Shown piece by piece: positions 7,872 to 16,660 of a stretch of DNA of 64,000 bases. Each line of letters begins with the position of its first letter. Position 1 is the first letter of the stretch. The notes below the pieces were generated by a model. That model ran no database searches and was not told where the DNA came from. It worked only from the letters and a program-made list of their open reading frames with translations. The DNA lies in the NCBI GenBank assembly GCA_964401385.1, contig CAYNYF010000010.1, positions 1,112 to 65,111 on the forward strand, written 5' to 3'. Source of the DNA: an uncultured Planctomycetaceae bacterium. Lineage in GTDB: Bacteria; Planctomycetota; Phycisphaerae; SM23-33. The position numbers and the translations under genes were made by a program.

Positions 7872-9803
7872 ATGGCTCGCAACATCAAGCTGATCAACGC
7901 GGACGCGCCGGATGCCACCGACATCCAATCGCTGGTGAGCACGCTCACGGCCGGGTGGAGGACCGACCGGGAGAAGATGATCGCCCTGTGGGCCTATATC
8001 GCCCGAAATGCCTTCTACCACTGGTGCGAGGCCCGCGAGAGACCTGAGGGGACGACCGAGCTGGGGATGGTGTTCGATCCGATTGCCGCGTTCAACGTCC
8101 ACGGCACGACGATCTGCTACCAGGTGTCGCACCTGTTGGGAAACCTCGGTGAGCTGGCCGGGATCAAGTGCCGGACCATCGGCGCGCCCGGCCACAGGCT
8201 CATGGAGGCCTACTACGACGGGCAGTGGCATCTGTTCGACGGGCAGTACGACCTGGCCGCGTACTACGTCGCCGACGACGGCGAGACCATCGCCAGCTAC
8301 GAGCAGGTCTGCCGGGCACCGGACAAGTACGTCCGCCATCCCAAGTATCCTTCCCAGCCGTTCTTTCAGTTCGATCGCTGCGGCGGCGAGTTCTGGCCGT
8401 GGGAGACCAGAGAATACGCCATCGAGCATTTTTTCAACCCGGACGTGCCGGCCAAGGCGACGGTGTACAGGTGCAACCTGGTTCGCGGACACAGCATCCA
8501 CCTGGACCTGCGCCGGGGCGAGAGGCTGATTCGCCGCTGGTCCAACGAGGGCAAGTGGTATTGCCCGCCGGAGTTCCGTCAGGTCTGGAAGCGCGACCTG
8601 ACCCAGCGCTGGGTGGACGCCGGACCGCACGATCCGCGGGCGCCGGAGAACACCTACGCCAACGGCGAGCTGATCTATGAGCCGGACTGGCAGGCCGCGG
8701 ACGTGAACTTCCGCGACGGCCTGCACGACGGGCACAACTTCGCCCTCGTCGACGGCGAGGTTCGCCCGGCTTCGGCCGGGGCGTGCCAGGTGGTCTTCCG
8801 CGTGTACAGCCCTTACCTGATCGTCGGCAGGCCCGCCGAACCGCCCGGGCAGGCGGCGTCACAGGATGGCGCCGTCGTTCAAGCGGATTTCTTCCGCAAG
8901 GACGAGACGGCCGCGAATTCCGTCAGCGTTTCGATCGACACCGGCCTGACCTGGCGGCAGGTATGGACCAACGACAAGACCGGGCGCTCAACGGTCCGTC
9001 TGGACCTGACCGAGTTCGTCGAGGGGACGCACGGCTACCTGATCCGGTTCGACCTGACAGGCGGGCGGCCGGAAGACGCCAGCCTGTCCCATCTCCGCCT
9101 GCGGAATTCGCTGTTCTTCTCGCCCGTGCCGCTGCCCGCGGTTCGGCCGGGAGAGAATCGCTTTGTCTTCAGCATGCAGGAAGGCCATGGCGTCCTTTGC
9201 CTTCAGCCCGATCTGGGGGAGGGAGCGGATTTCAGGCGGCATTTCGCCGAACTGAAGAATCTCACGTACGACCCGAAGTTCGTTCGGCACCTCTCGCCCC
9301 GAAAGGGCCGGGGGCACGCCGTGTTGGCCGTCGCCGCTCCGCCGGCTGCGAAAATCGCGCGGATGACGGTGCACGCGTGTTTCGGCGTGGACATCAGCCC
9401 GCACCGGCGCGAGTCCGCCGAGATCCTATACGCTGCGGAGCCGCAGGGGCCGTGGCGGTCGGCGTGGAAGAGTGACTTCCCCGGGCGGAACGAGAAGTGG
9501 CGGTGGGATGAATCGGTGGACATCGTCCTCGACGCCCCGTCCGAGCGATGCTACCTGAAGTTCGTGTTGAACCGCCGCAGGCGCCTGTCCTTGAACATGG
9601 TCCGCCTCTACGCGCACTACCTTCGGCCGAGCCAGCCGCTGCGGCCGGGCGACGTTCGGGTAGTCCATGAATGGTTGGAGGACGGGCAGCGCAAGACGCA
9701 CACCGCCAGCCCCCACCCCGCCGGCGAGGCGTACATCGTTCCGGCGGGCGGCGAGCGGATTCAGAATCTATCGGTGACCATCGACGTGGCCAATGAAAGT
9801 TGA
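7872..9803 (+). CDS. transglutaminase-core + Asp-box protein, paralog 1 (no signal peptide)
   Basis: The track ORF starts at TTG 7767 with a non-hydrophobic 35-aa leader. ATG 7872 (MARNIKL...) is preceded by GAAGGGA. Ordered Cys...His...Asp pattern of the transglutaminase core: HGTTICYQVSHL, APGHRLMEAYYDGQWHLFD. Exact Asp-box SIDTGLTW. Collinear with the ORFs at 34302 and 50292. Confidence 0.8.
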   Translation: MARNIKLINADAPDATDIQSLVSTLTAGWRTDREKMIALWAYIARNAFYHWCEARERPEGTTELGMVFDPIAAFNVHGTTICYQVSHLLGNLGELAGIKCRTIGAPGHRLMEAYYDGQWHLFDGQYDLAAYYVADDGETIASYEQVCRAPDKYVRHPKYPSQPFFQFDRCGGEFWPWETREYAIEHFFNPDVPAKATVYRCNLVRGHSIHLDLRRGERLIRRWSNEGKWYCPPEFRQVWKRDLTQRWVDAGPHDPRAPENTYANGELIYEPDWQAADVNFRDGLHDGHNFALVDGEVRPASAGACQVVFRVYSPYLIVGRPAEPPGQAASQDGAVVQADFFRKDETAANSVSVSIDTGLTWRQVWTNDKTGRSTVRLDLTEFVEGTHGYLIRFDLTGGRPEDASLSHLRLRNSLFFSPVPLPAVRPGENRFVFSMQEGHGVLCLQPDLGEGADFRRHFAELKNLTYDPKFVRHLSPRKGRGHAVLAVAAPPAAKIARMTVHACFGVDISPHRRESAEILYAAEPQGPWRSAWKSDFPGRNEKWRWDESVDIVLDAPSERCYLKFVLNRRRRLSLNMVRLYAHYLRPSQPLRPGDVRVVHEWLEDGQRKTHTASPHPAGEAYIVPAGGERIQNLSVTIDVANES

Positions 9804-10084
9804 ACCGCCGCCATCGGCGCCAATTCCATTCGCCGGCGTGCCGGTGTGCCGATCGGTCCGGCCGGCTGCGTCGGCGAGCCGTCGCCTTGATCGCCGCGGG
9901 CGGCTCGGCCAAATCCTGCCGGGGGGACCCACAAGAGGTAGTTTGGGCTTGCGGCGGGCCGGCGTTCGCCCAACAATCTGCCGGTGATTTGCGGATCGGG
10001 CCTGCCCACTCCCAGCGCGCCGGGACAGGCGGGGCGGGCGCGACAACCCGGCTGGAATGAACCCTCGCTCGGAGGGCCGTTCTT

Positions 10085-11212
10085 TTGAACAACCCGGAGA
10101 TGACGCGAGTACTGCACCTGTGCAGGGGCGGGCACATCGGCGGCAGCCAGCGGCAGTTGCTGTATTTGGTAAGCGGCCTCGACCGCCGGCGGTACGAGCC
10201 CGTCGTCGTCTGCCGCGAGGACGGCGGGTTCGTCTCGCAGTTGCGGCAGGCCGGCGTCGCCGTGCACGTGATGCCGCTTCGCCCCTGGCGCTCGCTGCCG
10301 GCTGGCATCCGCCGCTACGCCGACGCCCGCCGGCTGGTGGCCCTGGCCCGGCGGCAGGGGGCGGACCTGCTGCACTGCTCGAACCTCTCCCTCAGCGGCT
10401 ACCTGCGGTGGGCGGCGCGGCGGCTGGCGGTTCCGGCTATCCTGCACGTGCGGGCGCCGCTGGCGCCCGGCGACGTCCGCAAATACGGCTGCGGCGAGGT
10501 CGCGGGCGTGGTCGCGATCTCCTACCGCATCGGCGAGGACCTGCTGGCCGGGGGCGTCCGCCCGGAAAAGGTCAGCGTGATCTACGACGGCGTCGACCTC
10601 GGGCTCTTCCGGCCGTTGGGGGGCGAGCCCAGCGTCCTCCGGCGGGACTTCCCGGATGCCGGCGAGGTGCTGGTGGGCATTGTCGGGCGGATCGGCCTGT
10701 TTAAGCGGCAGTTGGTCTTTCTCGAAGCGGCCGAGAGGATCGTCCGCCGCGGCGGGGCGCCGGTCACCTTCTTCCTCATCGGGGAGGTCCACTCGCGGGA
10801 ATACCACGACGCCGCCAGTCGGCTGATCGCAGAGGGGCCCCTCAACGGGCACGTGCGGTTTGCCGGGCGGCGCGAGGACATGCCCGGCGTGCTGGCGTCG
10901 CTGGACGTGCTGGTGACGCTCTCCGGCGGCTCGACCATGATCGAGGCGATGGCGTGCGGCACGCCGGTGGTCTCGGCCGGCTTCAGCAGGCCGGAGCAGT
11001 CGCTCATCGTCCAGCACGACCGCACGGGGCTGCTGGTCGCCGAGGCCGGAGGCGAGGCCCTCGCCGCCGCCCTGACCCGGCTCATCCACGACCGCTCCCT
11101 GCGCCAGCGGATGGCCCAGCAGGCCCGGCGCTGGGCGGAGGAGAGGTTCTGCCACCTCGACATGGTCGCCAAGACCGAGCGCCTGTATGAGTCGGTCCTT
11201 CAGGCACAGTAG
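10085..11212 (+). CDS. glycosyltransferase family 4 (GT-B)
   Basis: 375-aa ORF. N-terminal RVLHLCRGGHIGGSQR and C-terminal GGSTMIEAMACGTPVVS...TGLLV are typical GT4/GT1 motifs. The start is TTG 10085 or ATG 10100. Confidence 0.85.
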   Translation: MNNPEMTRVLHLCRGGHIGGSQRQLLYLVSGLDRRRYEPVVVCREDGGFVSQLRQAGVAVHVMPLRPWRSLPAGIRRYADARRLVALARRQGADLLHCSNLSLSGYLRWAARRLAVPAILHVRAPLAPGDVRKYGCGEVAGVVAISYRIGEDLLAGGVRPEKVSVIYDGVDLGLFRPLGGEPSVLRRDFPDAGEVLVGIVGRIGLFKRQLVFLEAAERIVRRGGAPVTFFLIGEVHSREYHDAASRLIAEGPLNGHVRFAGRREDMPGVLASLDVLVTLSGGSTMIEAMACGTPVVSAGFSRPEQSLIVQHDRTGLLVAEAGGEALAAALTRLIHDRSLRQRMAQQARRWAEERFCHLDMVAKTERLYESVLQAQ

Positions 11213-11417
11213 GCCGCGGCCGGGGCGGCGGGTGACGCCACATGCAAGACCGCATGCGAATCGGCAACGTGAGGCTTTCCGGCAGGACGATCCTCGCCGC
11301 GACCTGCGGCGTACTGAACCTGCCCATGCGGCTGGCGTTCAAGAGGCTGGGCGCCGCCTTGACCTACGTGGGCGTGATTGACGCGGCGGCGGACCCCGGA
11401 GCCGTCGGGGGGCCGGC

Positions 11418-12626
11418 ATGCTGAGGCGATGGGGCAGGCGGCTCAACGGGCTTCTCTGCATCGGGCGGCTCTGTCGCAGGATCGCGCCGATGTACAGCCC
11501 TCGCTACGGGCGCGCCTTCGGCCGCGCCGTCCGCGTATGCCGGCGGGAGAGGTTCCTGCCCGTGGAGGCCTTCCGGCTGGGGCTGTTCGATCCGGACGCG
11601 GCGGCCGGCGAGTCTGCCCGGTACGTCAGCCGGAAGCGGATGACGAAGATCCAGAAGGCCCTGAACCCCGAGTCGTGGGCCCCCCTGGCCAGGGACAAGG
11701 GCATCTTCTACCGATACTGCATGGCCGTCGGCGTGCCCATCCCGCGGCTGTATGCCATCTTCTTCGCCGGCGGGGGCGGCTGGTCCTGCGACGGGGCCTC
11801 CCTGGCCGGCCGGGAGGATTGGGGGAGCTTCCTTTCCGGCCGCATGCCACCGGAGTTCGTCGTCAAGCCCGCCAGAGGGGCCTGGGGGCGGGGGGTGAAC
11901 GTCTTCGGCAGGAACGGGCGCCAGTTCGCCGACGCCTTCGGCGCCTCCTACACGGCCGAGAGCCTGTACGAGGCGCTGCGGACGGCGGCGGCGGACGGCG
12001 GCGTCATCCTTCAGGAGCGATTGCGCAATCACCCGGAACTCATCCGGCTCAGCGGCACGGAATTCCTCCAGACCGTCCGCGTGATCACCCTGCTGGACAG
12101 CGGCGGCTACCGCATCCTGCACGCGCACTTCAAGCCGATCGTCGGCCCGCACGTGGTCGACACCTTCCTGGACGGGCTGACGGGCCCCGTGCAGGCGGCG
12201 GTCGAGCTGGAGGCTGGCCTGCTGAAGGCAGCCAATCAGATCACCGGCACCGGCGAGGGCATCAGGGTGATCCCCGCCCACCCGGAAACGGGCGTTGCGT
12301 TCGAGGGATTCGCCCTTCCCTTCTGGCCGGAGACACGCGCCCTGGTGGAGGCGACGGCGGTGAAGTTCTGGCCGCTGCGGACCATCGGCTGGGACGTTGC
12401 CCTGACCCCCGACGGCCCCCGCATCGTCGAGGGAAACGTCTGGTGGGACCCTCCCAATCAGCACGACTGCATGGGCCGTCTGGTCGAGGCGCTGTCCGCG
12501 GCCGCGTTCGACGTGATCTTCTCCAACAGCATCCTCCATCACATCAGCAAGGTGGATCGCTTCTGGGGGGAGCTGCGGCGGCTCGGCTGGGGCGGGGTGA
12601 TGGCATTGTTCCGCCGCAGGCGGTAA
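11418..12626 (+). CDS. ATP-grasp fold protein (sugar-transfer-associated ATP-grasp-like) with a methyltransferase-derived C-terminal graft
   Basis: ATG start. EFVVKPARGAWGRGVNVF and RTIGWDVALTPDGPRIVEGN match my recollection of the ATPgrasp_ST family. The last ~40 aa (AAAFDVIFSNSILHHISKVDRFWGELRRLGWGG...) are a near-identical copy of an internal segment of the next gene. Confidence 0.62.
   Translation: MLRRWGRRLNGLLCIGRLCRRIAPMYSPRYGRAFGRAVRVCRRERFLPVEAFRLGLFDPDAAAGESARYVSRKRMTKIQKALNPESWAPLARDKGIFYRYCMAVGVPIPRLYAIFFAGGGGWSCDGASLAGREDWGSFLSGRMPPEFVVKPARGAWGRGVNVFGRNGRQFADAFGASYTAESLYEALRTAAADGGVILQERLRNHPELIRLSGTEFLQTVRVITLLDSGGYRILHAHFKPIVGPHVVDTFLDGLTGPVQAAVELEAGLLKAANQITGTGEGIRVIPAHPETGVAFEGFALPFWPETRALVEATAVKFWPLRTIGWDVALTPDGPRIVEGNVWWDPPNQHDCMGRLVEALSAAAFDVIFSNSILHHISKVDRFWGELRRLGWGGVMALFRRRR
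12498..12595 (+). repeat. 98-bp direct repeat, copy 1 (inside the ATP-grasp 3' end)
   Basis: gcggccgcgttcgacgtgatcttctccaacagcatcctccatcacatcagc[a]aggtggatcgcttctggggggagctgcggcggctcggc[t]ggggcgg. By my reading there are two mismatches to 12979..13076. The 481-bp offset keeps both copies in frame in their own ORFs. Confidence 0.9.
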
Positions 12627-12639
12627 AAACCCTTGCGCT

Positions 12640-13314
12640 ATGGCTCCGCACATGCCGCGCCAGCCCGAGCCGGAGGCGATGGACCTTGCCGCTGAGGCCG
12701 AGGCGTACGCCAAGGCCGACTTCGCCGATGTCGACCAGGCCTTTGTCGAACGACTGCTGGAGCTGGCCGGCCACTTGCCCGAGGCGGCGGCCGTCGACCT
12801 CGGCACCGGGCCGGGCGACATCCCCGTCCGCGTGGCGCTGGCCCGCCCGGGTTGGCGCGTCTTGGCCGTCGACGCCTCGGCCGCAATGTTGGGCTTCGCC
12901 CGCCGGGCCGCGGAAGATGCAGGCCTGGCAGAGAGGATCGAGCTTCTCCTGGGTGACGCCAAGGCCACGGGGCTGCCTGCGGCCGCGTTCGACGTGATCT
13001 TCTCCAACAGCATCCTCCATCACATCAGCGAGGTGGATCGCTTCTGGGGGGAGCTGCGGCGGCTCGGCCGGGGCGGCGCGATCGTGCTGCTGCGAGACCT
13101 GGCCCGTCCGCCCAGTGAGGCCGCGGCCCGCCGGATCGTGGACCGGTACGCCTCCGGGGAATCAGCCCTGCTTCAGGAGGAGTTCTACCGGTCGCTGCTG
13201 TCATCCTACACGGTGGAGGAGGTGGCCGGCCAACTGGACCGGGCCGGTCTGGCGATGCTGGAAGCGGCCATGGTCACCGATCGCCACCTCGACGTCTTCG
13301 GCCGGCTGCCGTGA
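12640..13314 (+). CDS. class I SAM-dependent methyltransferase
   Basis: 224-aa ORF. Motif I VDLGTGPGDIPV, then VLAVDASAAMLGFA and FDVIFSNSILHHI (Methyltransf_11/25-like). The ATG lies 13 bp after the preceding stop. Confidence 0.85.
   Translation: MAPHMPRQPEPEAMDLAAEAEAYAKADFADVDQAFVERLLELAGHLPEAAAVDLGTGPGDIPVRVALARPGWRVLAVDASAAMLGFARRAAEDAGLAERIELLLGDAKATGLPAAAFDVIFSNSILHHISEVDRFWGELRRLGRGGAIVLLRDLARPPSEAAARRIVDRYASGESALLQEEFYRSLLSSYTVEEVAGQLDRAGLAMLEAAMVTDRHLDVFGRLP
12979..13076 (+). repeat. 98-bp direct repeat, copy 2 (native position inside the methyltransferase)
   Basis: See 12498..12595. Here the segment encodes the post-motif-II region AAAFDVIFSNSILHHISEVDRFWGELRRLGRGG in its expected place in the methyltransferase fold. 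Confidence 0.9.
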
Positions 13315-13360
13315 GGACTCGCCGTCAGGCGGCATCGCCCACGGCTGCCGGCAGCGGCTC

Positions 13361-15751
13361 TTAACCACCGGTCGGCGCCCCTACGCTGGCCGCTCGAAGG
13401 TCTCGCAAGGCTTTCGCGGCCGCCCTCGGATCGATCGATTCGGTGAGCACGGCGGCGTTGACCAGCGCCTCGACGGCCTCGTCGGTCTTGCCGCTCAGCG
13501 ACAGCCGCTTGGCCGTGGCGCGGAATCGCGAGATTTCCGCCTCCAGCACCGCCGAGAGGATGCGTCGGGAGCTTTCGACGGCGGCGGCGTCCAGCAGGGC
13601 CGAGCGCACGGACTGGTCGGAAGGAAAGCTCAGCCCGTCTTCGGCCAGGCCGATCGCGGGATTGGCGTTCCGCGTGGCGGCGTCTTCGTATCTGGCGGAG
13701 TTGCGGACCGCGGGCGTGGCGATGATCGCGCCGGTGTCGGTGCGGATCAGTTGAATGCTCACCTCGCTGATGCCGGTCTTCTCGTAGTGAACCACCGCGT
13801 ACGGCCACTCGGCCCGGACCTTCTTTGTGATGGTCTGGGGCTCCCGGGCCAGCAGGCGGGTGAGCCTCTGCACTTCGCGATGCTTTTCATCTACGTCGGA
13901 CTTTTTCACATTCGTGAGCCGGCCGGTGCCGTGGCAGCGCTTGCAGGCGACCCAGCCGCGCTTCTGCTTCGGCGTGCTGCAAACCGGGCAGTGGACCTGC
14001 CCGCTTCCGTGGCAGGCCTGGCAGGACTCCACACCCAGCCCCCTGCATTCGTGGCAGACCGACCCGCCGGTGTGTCCGGTGCCGCCGCAGTGACTGCACT
14101 TGACCGTGCCCCGGCCGCCGCAGGCCTTGCACGGCAAGGTGCCTTTGCCTTGGCAGCTCTGGCACGTCAGCTTGCCGGTCCCCTTGCAGGTGGGGCACTT
14201 CCGTTCGTACGCGCGACGCAGCCGCGCCAGATCCTGACGGGCCTCCAGCAGCAGTTTCCGCAACTGGGGTATCCTGGGATTGCGCTCGGTCCGGGAGACG
14301 GTATAGCGGTGGACCTTGTTCTCGGTTCGGACGGCTCTGTCCCGGACGTCCAGCTCGGCCAGTTCGACGATGGCGGTGTAGGCCGGGCGGGCGCCCGCCC
14401 CTTCGCCTAGCAGCGAGAGCGACGACGGCCTATCGGCGGAAAGCCGCCGGAGCAGTCTCGACTTCAAGGTTGCGCTCCTCACGTCCACGCCAAGTGCGAA
14501 GGAGACCCGCTCGGCGAGCTTCGCCCTTGCCTGCCGCAGTCGGGAGGAATATTCCGGGCTTGCGTCGGACTCGACGGCCTCCATGTGCCACAGCAGGGCG
14601 TTGCCCCAGAGGCCGGCTTTCTCGGCGGCCCGGCCGCGGAGGAAACACACCCGGGCGATGCCTTCCTTCGCCGCCGGCAGGTCCGAAACGTACGCCAGCG
14701 ACCGGCGGAACTCCCGCTCCGCCTCGTCGAGCTTTCCCTTGTCCAACAGCCGCTGGCCGGCCTCGGCGCGGATCGCCGCCGCGTTCAGCATTGCCTGGCG
14801 ACGCAGCGAGCGGGCGCCGGAATGGGAGGGAAATATCTTTAGGGCGGAGCCGGCCTTTGCGATGGCCTCGTCCCACCGGCCGGCCTGGAAGGACCCGCCG
14901 GCCCGCTGGAAGAGGTCTTCGGCCTGGCGGCGGCGGGCCTGGGCGCTGGAAAGAAGCTGCCCGGCTTCGGCGTAGAAAGGCCAGATCTCCAGCGCCTGTT
15001 CGAGGGCGGCGATCGCTTGGTCGAGGTCCTTTTCCGCCAGCCGCCGCGAGCCTTCGGCATAGCTGCGCTTGGCCCGGTCAAGGGCGTCCTTGCATTGCTT
15101 CAGGCGTGCTCTGGCCGGCAGGTGGTTGGGGTCTGCGGCCACGGCCGCTTGCAGGGCCTCGGCCGCCTTCTGCCAGCGCTTCTGGCCCCGGAGGGATGCG
15201 GACTTCTCATACAGCAGACTCACCTGACCGGACGCGGCCTGCCTTTCGGGATTGACCGACTCGAGGGCGGCTTTCGCGTCGGCGTTCTCCGGGTCCAGCT
15301 CCAGGGACCTCTTTAGCTCGGCGACCGCCTCTTCGAGCTTTCCTTGATCGGCGCGTTCCAGCGCCCGCTCGTGGCGGTCCCTGGAGGCCTGGCGCTTTGC
15401 CCGGGCCCGGGCCGCTGCGGCCTCCTCGAAGTTCGGATCAATGCGGAGGCTTTCAGAGAACTTGCCGACGGCCTCTTCCCAGCGCCCCTTTCCAGTCAGC
15501 GCCGTGCCGTCCTGGTAGGCCGACAGGCATCGGGCTTGGGTGAGCCTGCCCATGAACTCCTCGTTCTCGGCCAGGTCGGATTTCTTGCTCAGCGCCTTGT
15601 GGTACGACTGCACCGCCTGATGGGGAGAGCCGGCTGCCAGGTATGCATCGCCCTGCTTGATGAGCCGCGAAACGGCGCATCCTGTCAGCATGGGCACCAT
15701 CGCCAGCAGCAGCACAGGCACGCACCTCCGTCGGATCCCTGCTCTGTCCAT
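13361..15751 (-). CDS. TPR-repeat lipoprotein with eight CxxCxGxG-type zinc-finger motifs
   Basis: ATG at 15751 is preceded by GGGAGA. Signal peptide plus lipobox: RRRCVPVLLLAMVPMLTGC. About 350 aa of TPR-like repeats. Then CPTCKGTG, CQSCQGKG, CKACGGRG, CSHCGGTG, CHECRGLG, CQACHGSG, CPVC..., CKRCHGTG (DnaJ CR-type pattern). Then a ~200-aa C-terminal domain. Confidence 0.8.
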   Translation of the reverse strand: MDRAGIRRRCVPVLLLAMVPMLTGCAVSRLIKQGDAYLAAGSPHQAVQSYHKALSKKSDLAENEEFMGRLTQARCLSAYQDGTALTGKGRWEEAVGKFSESLRIDPNFEEAAAARARAKRQASRDRHERALERADQGKLEEAVAELKRSLELDPENADAKAALESVNPERQAASGQVSLLYEKSASLRGQKRWQKAAEALQAAVAADPNHLPARARLKQCKDALDRAKRSYAEGSRRLAEKDLDQAIAALEQALEIWPFYAEAGQLLSSAQARRRQAEDLFQRAGGSFQAGRWDEAIAKAGSALKIFPSHSGARSLRRQAMLNAAAIRAEAGQRLLDKGKLDEAEREFRRSLAYVSDLPAAKEGIARVCFLRGRAAEKAGLWGNALLWHMEAVESDASPEYSSRLRQARAKLAERVSFALGVDVRSATLKSRLLRRLSADRPSSLSLLGEGAGARPAYTAIVELAELDVRDRAVRTENKVHRYTVSRTERNPRIPQLRKLLLEARQDLARLRRAYERKCPTCKGTGKLTCQSCQGKGTLPCKACGGRGTVKCSHCGGTGHTGGSVCHECRGLGVESCQACHGSGQVHCPVCSTPKQKRGWVACKRCHGTGRLTNVKKSDVDEKHREVQRLTRLLAREPQTITKKVRAEWPYAVVHYEKTGISEVSIQLIRTDTGAIIATPAVRNSARYEDAATRNANPAIGLAEDGLSFPSDQSVRSALLDAAAVESSRRILSAVLEAEISRFRATAKRLSLSGKTDEAVEALVNAAVLTESIDPRAAAKALRDLRAASVGAPTGG

Positions 15752-15907
15752 TTTGCCGTCTCCCGGGGCTTTCGGGCCTCTGTGGAATCAGCCAGCCGCC
15801 TGTCTGCTTGCCTTGTGGTGTCGAAGAGCCTCCGGTTACACCCCGGCGGGTCGAATTCCTTGGGATTTCCCCCGCCAAGGGCCGAGACCGCCAGCCCTGC
15901 CGGAAGG

Positions 15908-16561
15908 CTACTTCTCCTGAGGCGAAGCCCGTTCGGCTTGGCCCTCGAGCTTCAGGTCGGCCTTCTCCCAGCCTTCGCGGATGTCGTCGATCTGCTCCGA
16001 TCGCCACCAGAGCAGAAAGCTCTCGGCTCGGTCGACCTTGGCATAGTAGTGATTGGCGGCCACGAACTTGCCGTTGGCGTGAAGGAAGATCAGCAGCTTG
16101 ACGATTCCGGTCTGCTCGGCCGACTTGTGGAAAGGCGCCTCGGGGAACGGGACCGGGGAATTGGGCACGGGGAAGGCGGGCATGCCCACCACGGCGCTCT
16201 TGGACTCGGTGCCCACGGAGCCCGAGGCGACTTCGGCGGTCAGATCGGCGGCGTCGGCCTTGTCCATCAGGACGGCCCCCAGCTCGGCGAAGCGGGCGCG
16301 CGTGGCCACCTTGATATACTCGGCGTCGTATGCCTTCAGGTTGGCGAAGTCCAGGAAGACCTTCTTGCCCTCGATTTCCGGCAGTTGGAGCTTCTCCAGC
16401 GCCTTGTCCACGGCCCCGGAAAGCAGCATCTGCTCGATGGCCGACCGCGGCGTATTCGTAAGCACCCGGGAGGAACAGCCGATCGCCAATAGCAGCAGCG
16501 ACCCCGTCAGAGCCGCGCGGCTCACAGGCTTCCCGCCGAATCTGTAACTCCAACGCCACAT
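15908..16561 (-). CDS. hypothetical lipoprotein
   Basis: ATG at 16561 (the track start at 16570 is TTG). AALTGSLLLLAIGCSS is a signal peptide plus lipobox. High GC3 coding pattern. I recognise no family. Confidence 0.6.
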   Translation of the reverse strand: MWRWSYRFGGKPVSRAALTGSLLLLAIGCSSRVLTNTPRSAIEQMLLSGAVDKALEKLQLPEIEGKKVFLDFANLKAYDAEYIKVATRARFAELGAVLMDKADAADLTAEVASGSVGTESKSAVVGMPAFPVPNSPVPFPEAPFHKSAEQTGIVKLLIFLHANGKFVAANHYYAKVDRAESFLLWWRSEQIDDIREGWEKADLKLEGQAERASPQEK

Positions 16562-16660
16562 CACAACCAAGTACGCGTAGCAAAATGCGCCGGGGATGTA
16601 CAGGATATTTCGAGAACCAGGGCGCGCCGGTGCCTCGCTCGGTAGCCCGTCCGCCGACGG

